Shown here in pieces: positions 22,811 through 31,932 of a DNA stretch of 64,000 nucleotides. The translations under genes were made by a program, and so were the position numbers. Positions within the stretch are counted from its first letter, which is position 1; each line of letters begins with the position of its first letter. The stretch lies in the NCBI GenBank assembly GCA_902570425.1, contig CACFYB010000003.1:82134-146133 (forward strand), read 5' to 3'. This DNA is from an uncultured Pelagibacteraceae bacterium. Its GTDB lineage: Bacteria; Pseudomonadota; Alphaproteobacteria; Pelagibacterales; Pelagibacteraceae. The notes under the pieces were generated by a model. It made no database searches. It saw only the letters and a program-made list of their open reading frames with translations, and was not told the DNA's origin.

Positions 22811-24064
22811 ATGCAAAAATTAGAGGTTTTTGGAGCAAAAAAGCTCAAAGGACAAGTTAAGATATCTGGTTCTAAGAATGCATCATTGCCAATTCTTGCC
22901 TCAACACTTTTATCTAGGAAGAAAATTTTTTTAAACAATCTTCCAAAGGTAAAAGATATTGAAACAATGTTAATTTTGCTAGAATCATTAGGTTCAAAAA
23001 TCAAAAAAAATAAAAATAAGATTATTATCGACAACTCAAAACAAAAAAAAACATTTGCTTCCTATAACCTTGTTAAAACTATGAGAGCTGGAATTTTAGT
23101 GTTGGGACCACTTTTAGCTAAGTTTGGGAAAGCTAAAGTAAGTAGCCCAGGTGGATGTAGTATAGGAGTAAGACCTATTGATATTCATCTAAGAGCTTTA
23201 CAAAAACTTGGAGTAAAAATTAAAATATCCCAAGGCTATGTAATAGCATCAGCTCCTGATGGGCTTGTTGGCTCTAAAATACATTTTTCTAAAGTATCTG
23301 TTGGTGCTACAGAAAATTTAATTATTGCTTCGTGTCTTGCTAAGGGGACTACAACATTATCAAATTGTGCAATAGAGCCAGAAATTCAGGATTTAATTAA
23401 ATTTTTAAAAAGTATGGGATGTAACATTAAATGGATTTCAAAAAGAAAACTTAAAATTATAGGTATTAAAGAAGTTGGTGGAGGCAAATACTCAGTAATG
23501 TTTGATAGAATAGAGGCAGGAACATATCTTGTAGCAGCAGCAATTACACATGGAAACTTAAAAATTTATAATATCGTTCCAGAGATTATTAAAACAGAAA
23601 TTAATATTCTTAGAAAAATTGGAGCAAATGTAAAAGTAAAAAAAAATTTGATTCATATAATTGGGAATAAAAAAATTAGAAAAGTAAACATAAAAACTGC
23701 ACCCTATCCAGGCTTTCCAACAGATTTACAAGCACAAATTATGGTACTACTTTGTAAAGCAAATAAAAAGTCACTAATCATTGAGGATATATTTGAAAAT
23801 AGATTTATGCATGCTGCTGAACTAAACAGAATGGGAGCAAAAATTTCTATAAAGGGTAATAAAGCATTAGTTAATGGAAATACAAATTTTGCACCTGCTG
23901 AATTAATGGCTACAGATTTACGCGCCTCAGTATCATTAATTTTAGCTGCTTTGTGTGCAAAGGGAAAATCAATAATTAATAGAATCTATCATCTTGACAG
24001 AGGCTATGAAAGTATTGAAAAAAAATTAAAAAAAGTTGGAGCTAAAATAAGACGTTTAAATTAA
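22811..24064 (+). CDS. murA: UDP-N-acetylglucosamine enolpyruvyl transferase
   Basis: GSKNASLP, PGGCSIG-RP, PGFPTDLQ, DLRA, HLDRGYE. Confidence 0.97.
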   Translation: MQKLEVFGAKKLKGQVKISGSKNASLPILASTLLSRKKIFLNNLPKVKDIETMLILLESLGSKIKKNKNKIIIDNSKQKKTFASYNLVKTMRAGILVLGPLLAKFGKAKVSSPGGCSIGVRPIDIHLRALQKLGVKIKISQGYVIASAPDGLVGSKIHFSKVSVGATENLIIASCLAKGTTTLSNCAIEPEIQDLIKFLKSMGCNIKWISKRKLKIIGIKEVGGGKYSVMFDRIEAGTYLVAAAITHGNLKIYNIVPEIIKTEINILRKIGANVKVKKNLIHIIGNKKIRKVNIKTAPYPGFPTDLQAQIMVLLCKANKKSLIIEDIFENRFMHAAELNRMGAKISIKGNKALVNGNTNFAPAELMATDLRASVSLILAALCAKGKSIINRIYHLDRGYESIEKKLKKVGAKIRRLN

Positions 24065-24460
24065 ATGGAAAAAAAGTATTTAGCTAAAATAATCGCCAAT
24101 GATCAAGAAGGTTTACAAATGATATCCACATGTATGGCAGGAGCCAAAGTAAGAATTGAAAATATTAAATATCTGAAAACAAACAAGATTTTTTTATTTT
24201 CTGCAGATAGAATCAAAGTTGAAAATGAAGATCAAAAAAAAAAAACTAATAGTATTTGTAAATTTGAATTTATAGATGAAGTTAAATCTAAAAATATTGA
24301 TCAAAAAAACCAAGAACTGATTTTAGAATTAATTGGAATAAATTATCTAAAAAATAAAGATGATTATGAAATTAATTTGATTTTTGATAACAATGCTCAT
24401 ATTGTTTTATCAACTGAGACTATTGAAGTAAGATTGGAAGATCAAAACGAAATAAATTGA
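24065..24460 (+). CDS. DUF2948-like protein
   Basis: A-DQEGLQMIS...RLED; conserved alphaproteobacterial position between murA and hisD. Confidence 0.75.
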   Translation: MEKKYLAKIIANDQEGLQMISTCMAGAKVRIENIKYLKTNKIFLFSADRIKVENEDQKKKTNSICKFEFIDEVKSKNIDQKNQELILELIGINYLKNKDDYEINLIFDNNAHIVLSTETIEVRLEDQNEIN

Positions 24461-24463
24461 ATT

Positions 24464-25750
24464 ATGAAATTATTATTATGTAGTGAAAAAAGATTTAATA
24501 AGGATTTAAACAATTTATTAATTAGACGAAAAAAAAAAGTTGATTCTAATTCAGTTTCTGTATCAAGCATTGTTAAGGATGTCCAAAAAAATGGTGATAA
24601 GGCAGTTTTAAAATATGAAAAAAAATTTAATAAAAACAAAATTATTATTCCATCAAAAAGACAAATTTCAAAATCTATTTCATCTTTAGATAATAAAGTC
24701 AAAAAAGCTATCGATCTTGCTTTTAATAGGATAATGAAATTTCATAATTTGCAAAAACTTAGGAATATTACTTTTCAAGATAAAATGAAAAATAAAATTG
24801 ATTATAAATATTTGCCAATAGATTCTGTTGGAATTTATGTGCCTGGATCAAGTGCATCGTATCCCTCAAGTGTATTAATGGCAGCAATACCCGGTATTGT
24901 AGCTAAAGTGAAAAGATTAGTAATGATTAATCCTGCATTTAAAGGTAAACAAAATCCAGCAGTTTTATATGCTGCTAAAAAATGTAAAATAAAAGAAATT
25001 TATTCTATTGGTGGTCCCTCAGCAATTGCAGCCTTCGCATATGGTACAAAAAAAATAAAAAAAGTTGATAAAATTGTTGGTCCTGGGAATGCTTATGTTG
25101 CTGCAGCAAAAAAAGAATGTTTTGGAGAAGTAGGAATAGAAAGTGGAATAATAGGTCCTTCAGAAATATTAATAATTTGCGATAAATTTTCTAATCCCAA
25201 GTGGATTGCAAGTGATTTAATTAGTCAAGCAGAACATGACATACTTGCACAATGCATTTTGATTTCAAAAGACAAAAAAATTATTAAAAATGTTCAATTA
25301 GAAATTTCTAAACAATTAAAAGAAATACCCAGAGCTTCTATTGCAAAAAAAAGTTTATCGAATAATGGAATAATTATTTATGCAAATTCTGACAAAAAAA
25401 TAATCGAAATTTGTAATAAAATTGGTCCTGAACATTTACAGATTTTTAACAAAAATTACAAATCTTTAATTTCAAAAATAAAAAATGCTTCTTCAATTTG
25501 TCTTGGTAAATATGCTTTAATGTCAATGACAGATTATGGTGTACCTGGATCAAATCATATTCTTCCAACTAACACTTCTAGTAGATATTCGAGTGGATTG
25601 AGCGTACATGATTTTGTAAAAAAAGTATCTTATATAAAACTTTCAAAAAAAGGTATTGAAAGACTTGGCCCATCAGTTATAACTCTTGCAAATTATGAAA
25701 AACTAGTTGCTCATGCGCAATCAGTAAAAAAAAGAATGGAGAAAAATTAA
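24464..25750 (+). CDS. hisD: Histidinol dehydrogenase
   Basis: [37 protein letters not shown]. Confidence 0.95.
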   Translation: MKLLLCSEKRFNKDLNNLLIRRKKKVDSNSVSVSSIVKDVQKNGDKAVLKYEKKFNKNKIIIPSKRQISKSISSLDNKVKKAIDLAFNRIMKFHNLQKLRNITFQDKMKNKIDYKYLPIDSVGIYVPGSSASYPSSVLMAAIPGIVAKVKRLVMINPAFKGKQNPAVLYAAKKCKIKEIYSIGGPSAIAAFAYGTKKIKKVDKIVGPGNAYVAAAKKECFGEVGIESGIIGPSEILIICDKFSNPKWIASDLISQAEHDILAQCILISKDKKIIKNVQLEISKQLKEIPRASIAKKSLSNNGIIIYANSDKKIIEICNKIGPEHLQIFNKNYKSLISKIKNASSICLGKYALMSMTDYGVPGSNHILPTNTSSRYSSGLSVHDFVKKVSYIKLSKKGIERLGPSVITLANYEKLVAHAQSVKKRMEKN

Positions 25751-25752
25751 AT

Positions 25753-25968
25753 TTGTCAAAACAAGATCTACTTCAATTTAAAGGAACAGTAAAAACCTTA
25801 CTTAAAAACGCAATGTTTGAAGTTGAATTAGAGAATGGACATACGGTGACAGCACATACTGCTGGCAAACTTCGCAAGAACAGAATCCGTGTTCTTCAAG
25901 GAGATGCAGTTACAGTTGAAATGACGCCATATGATTTAACCAAAGGAAGAATAATATTTAGAGGTTAA
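25753..25968 (+). CDS. infA: Translation initiation factor IF-1 (TTG start)
   Basis: [36 protein letters not shown]. Confidence 0.97.
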   Translation: MSKQDLLQFKGTVKTLLKNAMFEVELENGHTVTAHTAGKLRKNRIRVLQGDAVTVEMTPYDLTKGRIIFRG

Positions 25969-25976
25969 ATATTATT

Positions 25977-26052
25977 GGGCAGTTGGTATAGTTGGTACGT
26001 ACGCGTGCCTGAAAAGCACGAAGACCTAGTTCGATTCTAGGACTGCCCACCA
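25977..26052 (+). tRNA. tRNA-Phe(GAA)
   Basis: GGGCAGT/ACTGCCC acceptor, CGTGC-CTGAAAA-GCACG, CCTAG-TTCGATT-CTAGG, ACCA. Confidence 0.95.
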
Positions 26053-26142
26053 TTCATTTTTAATAAATTTGACAATTTTAAATCTTGTATTTTAAAAAAA
26101 AATAAAATAATTTTTTAATTAAAAAAATAAGGTAAGAATAAA

Positions 26143-26361
26143 ATGACAACACTACTAAAGGGAACTGTTAAATGGTTTAACGGTAAAAAAGGCTTTGGTT
26201 TTATTGAAAGAGAAGATAAAGAAAAAGACGCTTTTGTGCACGTTTCAGCAGTAAAATCAGCAGGCATGAGATATTTAAATGAGGGTCAGAAATTAGAGTT
26301 TGAGCTGCAAGATGGTCCTAAGGGCCCATCGGCTGTAAATTTAAAGGCTATCGAGTCGTAA
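26143..26361 (+). CDS. cspA: Cold-shock domain RNA-binding protein
   Basis: [31 protein letters not shown]. Confidence 0.93.
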   Translation: MTTLLKGTVKWFNGKKGFGFIEREDKEKDAFVHVSAVKSAGMRYLNEGQKLEFELQDGPKGPSAVNLKAIES

Positions 26362-26381
26362 TCAATAAATTAATATTTATA

Positions 26382-26425
26382 AAGGACGCTTTTTTTTGAT
26401 TTTTAGGGATTAATGAAGCGTCCTT
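26382..26425. terminator. Inverted repeat after csp gene (terminator or mRNA-stabilising stem)
   Basis: AAGGACGCTT...AAGCGTCCTT perfect 10-bp arms followed by CTTTAT. Confidence 0.55.
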
Positions 26426-26474
26426 CTTTATGTAAAAGCTTGAATAATTATTTTTTTTGGCTAAAAAGCTTTTT

Positions 26475-26570
26475 ATGATTATTAGTGTTATAAAAACAAG
26501 TTTTTTAACCAAAAGATTAATGTCTTTCGGTATTAATAGAGGTGTGCACGCTCATTTCCATGCTGGCTAA
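26475..26570 (+). CDS. Putative histidine leader peptide, 31 aa (alternative ATG at 26520 gives 16 aa)
   Basis: MIISVIKTSFLTKRLMSFGINRGVHAHFHAG*; three His codons in five positions, upstream of tRNA-His-hisS-hisZ-hisG. Confidence 0.7.
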   Translation: MIISVIKTSFLTKRLMSFGINRGVHAHFHAG

Positions 26571-26590
26571 AGCTAGCATTTAATCATTTA
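26560..26590 (+). promoter_or_regulatory. Attenuator-like hairpin overlapping the leader stop codon
   Basis: ATGCTGGC-TAAA-GCTAGCAT (8 bp, one G-U), then TTAATCATTT. Confidence 0.5.
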
Positions 26591-26639
26591 TATAATAATT
26601 TTAAATCCACATAAAATAAGATAAAAACAAAGAGGATAA

Positions 26640-26714
26640 GCCCGGGTGGTGTAATGGTTAGCACGGAAGTTTGTGGAACTTTAAGTTTGAGTTCGACTCT
26701 CAGCCCGGGTACCA
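26640..26714 (+). tRNA. tRNA-His(GTG), type lacking G-1
   Basis: GCCCGGG/CCCGGGT acceptor, A73, preceding base A, GAAGT-TTGTGGA-ACTTT, TTCGACT, CCA. Confidence 0.95.
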
Positions 26715-26718
26715 AAAA

Positions 26719-28113
26719 ATGAATAAAGAAAAAAAATTAATTCCTGGATTACCTTCAGGATTTGAAGATCGTTGGGATAAAAAACTTCTTCTCAAAAAAA
26801 AGCTTTTAAAAGCTATTGAGAATAATTTTATTAAATTTGGAGCAGAGGCTCTAGAAACCCCTTCGTTTGAGATAAGTGAAAATATAGGATCTTTTTTAGC
26901 AGAAGATGATGCTAATCCTATGTCTGATGTATTCTCATTTCAGGATGGAGAAAAAAGCATTACTCTTAGGTATGATCTTTCAAGCCCGCTTGCTAGATTT
27001 GTTGCTCAAAATAATCAAGAGCTTCCATCAATCTTTAAAAGGTATGCTATTCAAAATGTGTTTAGGAATGAAAAGGCTGGTAATGGAAGGTACAGAGAAT
27101 TTATGCAAGCAGATTTTGATATCATAGGAAATGTTAATCCTGCCCAGGCAAATTCTGAGCTTTGCAATTTAATATCAAGTACTTTGTTAGATTGTGGTCT
27201 AAAAAAAGATCAATTTACAATTAACATTAGTAACAGAAAAATAGTTCAAGGATTAATTGATGATTTAAAAATATCAGAAGAAAAGCAAGCAAAAGTAATT
27301 AGGGCAATTGATAAATTAGATAAACCAGGTTTTGGTTTAAAAGGTGTTGAAGATCTGCTTAAAAAAGAGAGAAAAGATATAAGTGGTGCAATTACTAAGG
27401 GTGCAGATTTAAATGATGAACAAGTGTCCGAAATACTTAATTTTCTAAAAATTAAAGATTTAAAAGAATTAAAAGAAACATTAAAAAATTCATTGTCTCA
27501 AGAAGGTATAAAGGAATTAGAACAAGTATTTGAAGTATTGGGTTACAGTTCAAATTTAAATCAGGTCAAAACAAATTTTACAATTGTTAGGGGACTGGCT
27601 TATTATTCAGATTTCATTGTTGAAACAAACCTAAATTTTAAAGTTACCAATAACAAGGGTAAAGAGGTTGATATAGGCAGTATTTGTTCTGGAGGAGCCT
27701 ATGCAAAATTAATTTCGAGATTTAGAGGTGTGGATATTCCAGGCACCGGAATTAGTTTTGGAATTGATCGATTGTTATTTGCTTTGATGCAATTAGATCA
27801 AATAAAAGTAGACAGTCAAAAACCAGTTTTAGTTTGTGTAATGGATGAAAAATATCTTAAAAATTATTATGAAATTTTAGATCTATTAAGAAATAATAAT
27901 GTCAATGCTGAAATTTTTTTAGATCTAAAGAAAAATTTAGGTAAGCAACTAACCCTAGCAAATAAACGTGAGTTGGATGTTGCAATAATATGTGGTGAAA
28001 ATGAATTTAATGAAAATAAAGTCACTATAAAAAGCCTTAAAGGTGTTAAGGGTGAAAACAATAAAACATTTCCAAAAGAAAATTTAATCGATGAAGTCAA
28101 AAAACTTATCTGA
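26719..28113 (+). CDS. hisS: Histidyl-tRNA synthetase (true start MNKEKK; track start lies inside the tRNA)
   Basis: PSGFED, LRYDL, GRYREFMQ-D-D, RGLAYY, GISFGIDR, C-terminal anticodon-binding domain. Confidence 0.95.
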   Translation: MNKEKKLIPGLPSGFEDRWDKKLLLKKKLLKAIENNFIKFGAEALETPSFEISENIGSFLAEDDANPMSDVFSFQDGEKSITLRYDLSSPLARFVAQNNQELPSIFKRYAIQNVFRNEKAGNGRYREFMQADFDIIGNVNPAQANSELCNLISSTLLDCGLKKDQFTINISNRKIVQGLIDDLKISEEKQAKVIRAIDKLDKPGFGLKGVEDLLKKERKDISGAITKGADLNDEQVSEILNFLKIKDLKELKETLKNSLSQEGIKELEQVFEVLGYSSNLNQVKTNFTIVRGLAYYSDFIVETNLNFKVTNNKGKEVDIGSICSGGAYAKLISRFRGVDIPGTGISFGIDRLLFALMQLDQIKVDSQKPVLVCVMDEKYLKNYYEILDLLRNNNVNAEIFLDLKKNLGKQLTLANKRELDVAIICGENEFNENKVTIKSLKGVKGENNKTFPKENLIDEVKKLI

Positions 28114-29143
28114 AAATATCCTTAGATCGGTAAAATCTAGAGGTTTTAAATATATTGATTTACCCTCAGTAATTGAGGCTAATCATATCGTTCAAAGATC
28201 AGGAGAAAATTTTAGAAAATTTATCTTCTCTTTTACTGATCAAAATGGAAGCGAGTTGTGTCTAAGACCAGATTTAACGATTGTATCTTGTCTAAGATAT
28301 TTAGAAAATAATTTAAAGGGTAAGGAAAAAATTTTTTACAATGGTCAAGCTTATCGAAAATCGCAAAATAAAAAAGACTCAATCATTAGAAATCAAATTG
28401 GATTTGAAATTTTAGGATCTAAAGATGAGAAAAATGATGATAAAGAAATTATAAATACATCTCTTAAATCACTTCAAAAAATTAAATATTCATCAGGAAC
28501 ACTCACTATTGGAAATGTGGAAATATTCAATTTGTTAATATCAAAATTGGATATTCCAAAGAGATGGAAACTAAGATTATCGAGGCACTTCTGGAGAGAG
28601 GAATATTTTAATGATTTATTACAAAGATTAGAAACAAATTCAGATGTTGATCCAACAATTGTAGAAATAGATAAAAAGCGTTACGTGAAAATGCTCAAAG
28701 AAGATTTGTCAAATGTTGTGGCTGGAAGAACAATAAATGAAATATTAAAAAGATTTGATCAGAAAATAAAAGACCCTAGAAGAGCCAGTAAAGGAAAAAA
28801 TGTTTCAAAAATAATAAAAGATTTCTTAAAAATAAAATGTCCAATAAATAAAGCAGCCATAGAGTTAAATAAATTTTTCAAAAAAAACAGAATAAATTTA
28901 GCTGTAGATCAAAGATATTTTCCAATCTCTAATAACAAGGTTTCAAAATTAAATGTAGTATTTTCAGCATCTTTTGGAAGGCAATTGGAATATTACACCG
29001 GAATGGTTTTTAAAATTGATATTAAATCTAAAAACTCATCAAAAAATATTATTAATGGTGGTCGTTATGATGGTCTAATTTCGGACTTAGGATCAAAAAA
29101 ACAAACTCCAGCAGTAGGTGCTGCCTTAAATTTAAATTACTAA
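28091..29143 (+). CDS. hisZ: ATP phosphoribosyltransferase regulatory subunit
   Basis: LRPDLT, QIGFE, YYTGMVF, GGRYD, PAVG; precedes short hisG. Confidence 0.92.
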   Translation: MKSKNLSENILRSVKSRGFKYIDLPSVIEANHIVQRSGENFRKFIFSFTDQNGSELCLRPDLTIVSCLRYLENNLKGKEKIFYNGQAYRKSQNKKDSIIRNQIGFEILGSKDEKNDDKEIINTSLKSLQKIKYSSGTLTIGNVEIFNLLISKLDIPKRWKLRLSRHFWREEYFNDLLQRLETNSDVDPTIVEIDKKRYVKMLKEDLSNVVAGRTINEILKRFDQKIKDPRRASKGKNVSKIIKDFLKIKCPINKAAIELNKFFKKNRINLAVDQRYFPISNNKVSKLNVVFSASFGRQLEYYTGMVFKIDIKSKNSSKNIINGGRYDGLISDLGSKKQTPAVGAALNLNY

Positions 29144-29835
29144 TGACAAAAAATATTTTAAATATTGGAATCCCTAGCAAAGGTAGACTTAGAAAAGATG
29201 TTTTAAATATTTTTAAAAAAAATAAATTAAATCTCATTTCTGAAAGAGGAGAAAGAGATCTTTTAGGATCAATTAAACAATATAAAAATATTAAGATTTT
29301 ATATCTTCATGCAAGAGAGATCATCGAAAGACTTGGAGATGGATCTTTGGATATAGGTTTTTCTGGTTTTGATTTATTAAAAGAAAGCGAAATAATCACT
29401 CAAAAAAAAATTAATGTTTTAAAAAGATACAATTTTGGTAAGGCTACATTAGTAGTTGCAATTCCTGATCCATGGATAGATGTGCAGACAGTTGCAGATT
29501 TAGAGGAAATTGCATTTGAATTTAAAGATAAGAAAAAGAAAAGATTAAGAGTAGCAACAAAATATCCAAACTTAACAAGGGGATTTTTGTTTTCAAAGGG
29601 TGTTACCCAATTCAAATTAATTGACAGTTTGGGTGCAACTGAAGCTTATCCTTTTACAGGCTCTTCTGAGATAATTACAGATATCACGTCTACTGGAGAA
29701 ACTTTAAAAGCAAATAATTTACGTATTTTAAAAGATGGAGAGATACTACAATCAGAGGCTTGTATGATGATTTCTAAGTCGTCAAGTAATAAAATGGGTC
29801 TTAGAAAAATATTAAAATTACTTTCTAAAAATTAA
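29143..29835 (+). CDS. hisG: ATP phosphoribosyltransferase (short form)
   Basis: PSKGRL, DIGFSGFD, RVATKYP, GATE, DITSTGETL-ANNL. Confidence 0.96.
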   Translation: MTKNILNIGIPSKGRLRKDVLNIFKKNKLNLISERGERDLLGSIKQYKNIKILYLHAREIIERLGDGSLDIGFSGFDLLKESEIITQKKINVLKRYNFGKATLVVAIPDPWIDVQTVADLEEIAFEFKDKKKKRLRVATKYPNLTRGFLFSKGVTQFKLIDSLGATEAYPFTGSSEIITDITSTGETLKANNLRILKDGEILQSEACMMISKSSSNKMGLRKILKLLSKN

Positions 29836-29949
29836 GTCTTTCCAATAAATTAGTATTATTTTGATAATATCAAGGTTCCTACCAATTGCGTATAAAGTTA
29901 CAATACCTACAATAACAAAGAATATTTTAATTATAAAAGCTAATTCCAT
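29818..29949 (-). CDS. Small hydrophobic protein, 43 aa (not in ORF track)
   Basis: MELAFIIKIFFVIVGIVTLYAIGRNLDIIKIILIYWKDLIFRK; starts 4 nt after the rmuC stop. Confidence 0.5.
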   Translation of the reverse strand: MELAFIIKIFFVIVGIVTLYAIGRNLDIIKIILIYWKDLIFRK

Positions 29950-29953
29950 CTGA

Positions 29954-31090
29954 TCAGTTTAACTTATCTTTGTCTTCCTCTGGATCTGTAACTTCGGTAA
30001 TATTTGCTTGCTCAGGTGGTATTTCAGGAATTTGTTTTCCAGGTATAACACCATGTTCATCTTCAAGTTTTTTTATTTGTTTCTCTAATCCTTGTGAGCC
30101 CCAAGATTTTGTAACTAGGCTTTGTAGTTGATTTGCATGCGTTTTATATGATTGCAGTGCTCCTTTAATCGCAGTTTTAACATCTGAGTATTTATCGAAT
30201 ATCTTACTAGCAGAGTTTATGATCTTACTGATATTTTCAATTTGCTTCTTTTCACTTTTGATTTGTTCAAAAACCTTAATCATATTCAACAGCTCAGTAG
30301 GGGACGATAAAATAAAGTTTGCTTTAAGAGCCTCTGTTTGAAGGGTCTTATCAGCATCAAGAGTTACAGAATAGAGGTTAGATGCCGGAAAAAAAACAAT
30401 GACAGATTGTAAAGATTTTATTCCATAGAGCTTATTGTAATTTTTCTTAGCCAATCCTTTTGGTCCAAATAGGTGATTTCTAACAGAAGCTAGATGATCT
30501 TTTAGATATTGTTTTTTTTGATTTTCATCTTTCTCATTAATATATTTTGTCCAATGAGTTAAAGAAACTTTAGCATCAACAATATAATTTCTCTCTGGAA
30601 ATTTTAAGAGCATATCAGGGATTACATCTTTGTCTTTATTGTCATCAATGTCGTAAGTTGTCTGTTTTTTTTGAGGAAAAAAATCTCTATCTTTTACAAG
30701 ATTTGCACTAGTTAGAAGATTTTCTAAAATTTCTTGATTAAATTTTCCCTGATATGTGATGTTAGTTGTGAGTTTTTCCCACCAATTCGTGTGTCTAGCT
30801 ACTGCCTCGTCATGTTTATTGATAGCCTTTTGAGTTTGAGTTTTATATTCATTAATACCATCTACAACTTTATATAGCTCTGTAACCTCAGCCTTTTTTT
30901 CATCAAGTTGTTCTTGCATATCATCTTTTGCTTTTACAACTCCTTTTAACTCCTCTTCTTTTCTAGCTAACTCTATCTTTATTTCAGTGTCATCAGATTT
31001 ATTTTCATCTTGCTTATTTTTAAGAAAAAATTGGTAGTAAGCACCACAAATTATTATTCCTGCTAAAAATCCTATTAATAAATATTCCAT
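29954..31090 (-). CDS. rmuC: RmuC-family DNA recombination nuclease (divergent)
   Basis: N-terminal TM, coiled coil, PD...IVDAKVSL nuclease motif, H..SVRNH..L..K.Y, VIVFFP, LSSPTEL. Confidence 0.8.
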   Translation of the reverse strand: MEYLLIGFLAGIIICGAYYQFFLKNKQDENKSDDTEIKIELARKEEELKGVVKAKDDMQEQLDEKKAEVTELYKVVDGINEYKTQTQKAINKHDEAVARHTNWWEKLTTNITYQGKFNQEILENLLTSANLVKDRDFFPQKKQTTYDIDDNKDKDVIPDMLLKFPERNYIVDAKVSLTHWTKYINEKDENQKKQYLKDHLASVRNHLFGPKGLAKKNYNKLYGIKSLQSVIVFFPASNLYSVTLDADKTLQTEALKANFILSSPTELLNMIKVFEQIKSEKKQIENISKIINSASKIFDKYSDVKTAIKGALQSYKTHANQLQSLVTKSWGSQGLEKQIKKLEDEHGVIPGKQIPEIPPEQANITEVTDPEEDKDKLN

Positions 31091-31227
31091 ATCTAATTTA
31101 ACCTTTTATCATGTCTATTATCAATAAACGGCCGTTCGCATGAATTACTTTTTCAATATCTGTTTTTTCTTCCATAATTACTAGATAATTATTAAACTTG
31201 ATAGTACAAGGTATCAACCGATTCATC

Positions 31228-31914
31228 ATGAAATGGAATAAAAAATATGACTATCCTAAATCCTCAAGAGCAACTGTAGATGGAATTAGAAGATATTTGC
31301 TAGGAGAGAAAAAATTACCAAGCGTTACCTCAATACTTGATGCAACAAAATCAGAGGAAGATAAAGCAGCACTAGCAAATTGGAGAGAAAGAACGGGGCA
31401 AAAAGAAGCTGAAGCAATTACAAAAGCAGCAAGTAGCAGGGGATCTCAAATGCACAACTATTTAGAGTCTTTTCTTTTGGGTAGAGAAAATTTAAGTTTC
31501 TTTGATGACAATGAGCAATATAAAAAAATGGCAATAGAAATTATTGATAAGGGATTAACAAATAGATTAGAAGAAATATGGGGAACTGAATGCACCCTTT
31601 ATTATCCTGAAAAATATGCTGGTACCGCAGATTGTGTAGGAGTTTATGAGGGAAAAGAGACTATAATTGATTTTAAACAAAGCAATAAACCAAAAAAAAT
31701 TGAGTATATAGAATCCTGGTTGTTACAGACAGCAGCATATTCTCTTGCACATAATATCGTGTATAACTCACATATTGATGCTTGTGTAATTTTAGTTTGC
31801 ACTATAGATAATTTATTTCAAGAATTTAAAATTAAAGGCTCTGAATTAATAACATATCAAAATTTATTTTTAGGAAGATTAAAAAAATTTCATGAGCTTT
31901 CAAATTTAAATTAA
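31228..31914 (+). CDS. PD-(D/E)XK exonuclease, phage/MGME1-like
   Basis: LPSVTSIL...W...RGSQMH...E...YAGTADC...IIDFKQ...LQTAAY; start taken at ATG 31228 (TTG 31198 is possible). Confidence 0.85.
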   Translation: MKWNKKYDYPKSSRATVDGIRRYLLGEKKLPSVTSILDATKSEEDKAALANWRERTGQKEAEAITKAASSRGSQMHNYLESFLLGRENLSFFDDNEQYKKMAIEIIDKGLTNRLEEIWGTECTLYYPEKYAGTADCVGVYEGKETIIDFKQSNKPKKIEYIESWLLQTAAYSLAHNIVYNSHIDACVILVCTIDNLFQEFKIKGSELITYQNLFLGRLKKFHELSNLN

Positions 31915-31932
31915 GTACTTATATAAGAGATA

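Noticed and set aside
25753-25755. TTG start of infA as an autoregulatory device
   Set aside because: TTG is an ordinary minor start codon; known start-codon autoregulation concerns infC
26671-26718. N-terminal extension of HisS in the ORF track
   Set aside because: It lies inside tRNA-His; ATG 26719 is the sensible start
31228-31914. Cas4/CRISPR association of the PD-(D/E)XK nuclease
   Set aside because: It lacks the Cas4 four-Cys Fe-S pattern, and there is no repeat array or cas gene in the window
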